DNA from: a virus
Length of the DNA stretch: 64,000 nt
IMG/VR virus record: IMGVR_UViG_3300045988_180454
Coordinates: 1 to 64,000 of that record
Strand: one strand, 5' to 3'
Of this stretch, positions 63,719-64,000 are shown piece by piece. A program made the position numbers and the translations under genes. Below the pieces are notes generated by a model that worked only from the letters and a program-made list of their open reading frames with translations, did no database searches and had not been told where the DNA came from. The first letter of the stretch is position 1. Each line of letters opens with the position of its first letter.

Positions 63719-64000
63719 TCAGTGGTAGTCAAACATGTGTTCGATACGGTCGATAAGCAGGGGGCTACCGGAATCGGTCAACCAAAAGTTTTTGGCACGG
63801 AAATATTGGTAAAAATCTACCCAGTTTTCCCACCAAAATAATTCGTCTAAAGGCACCCGGTGGGCGTCGTGGTGGATATCAAAGCCGGTTTTGGGGCGAT
63901 AGCCAAATACGTGTTTTTGTGCCATACCACCGGCTAAAAAGCGATTTTGATTGTGGTTATGGCTGACCCACCAAGTGACGCGACCAAAATCCGGGTGGAT
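63719..64000 (-). CDS. hypothetical protein, 5' end outside the window
   Basis: The frame of ORF 63719..63925 stays open to position 64000 (IHPDFGRVTWWVSHNHNQNRFLAGGMAQKH...). Confidence 0.55.
   Translation of the reverse strand: MHPDFGRVTWWVSHNHNQNRFLAGGMAQKHVFGYRPKTGFDIHHDAHRVPLDELFWWENWVDFYQYFRAKNFWLTDSGSPLLIDRIEHMFDYH

Noticed and set aside
62680-63841. ORFs inside the repeat block (62680..62904-, 62691..62966-, 62792..63007+, 62869..63078+, 63566..63841+). The same applies to 931..1119- and 1672..1890- in the left block.
   Set aside because: They overlap each other and lack SD sequences. Their composition is driven by the word repeats.
1-64000. A search for integrase, immunity repressor, attP, transposases, reverse transcriptase (DGR or retron), toxin genes, rRNA and standard tRNAs.
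   Set aside because: I recognised none of these in any frame of this window. The only lysogeny-related gene seen is the antirepressor.

Overview
The window looks like most of a dsDNA siphovirus-type phage genome (long non-contractile tail). The style is actinobacterial. This is inferred from extended SD sequences AGAAAGGAAG, -10 boxes of the TAnAnTGG kind, a GH19 endolysin, and a tape measure carrying NlpC/P60 and SLT domains. No database search was possible, so every function call rests on motifs I recognise in the supplied translations and on gene order.

Layout:
- Two leftward genes lie at 63-889.
- A 1.4-kb ORF-free repeat block spans 890-2320.
- A rightward early and replication arm runs 2321-28690. 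It holds many small unknown genes, a DNA methyltransferase, a seven-gene membrane-protein cassette, class Ib RNR nrdE/nrdF/nrdH, an SNF2 helicase, a Cas4-like nuclease, an AAA ATPase, DnaE-type Pol III alpha, a RuvC-like resolvase and a primase-helicase.
- A convergent terminator sits at about 28.73 kb.
- A leftward arm runs 60993 down to 28755. It holds NrdI, an antirepressor, a ThyX-MazG fusion, HNH, TerL, portal, a MuF-like protein, scaffold, capsid, connectors, major tail protein, frameshifted chaperones, a 2192-aa tape measure, minor tail proteins, endolysin and holin.
- A P27-type small terminase gene stands alone at 62120-62644.

Most unusual features:
- About 3.6 kb of ORF-free DNA lies in three blocks (890-2320, 60994-62119, 62645-63718). 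Each is built from block-specific short words and palindromes. They are tied together by an oriented ~20-nt motif (GCAGGTCAGAGTAGGTTTTT and variants).
- A roughly 180-nt non-coding unit bounded by a promoter and a terminator has tRNA-like acceptor and T-arm geometry but no anticodon arm (12631-12847).
- The packaging module is split, with terS about 7 kb from HNH-terL.
- Two non-structural genes appear to need a -1 frame change.
- A cassette of coiled-coil/TM-hairpin proteins lies in the early arm.
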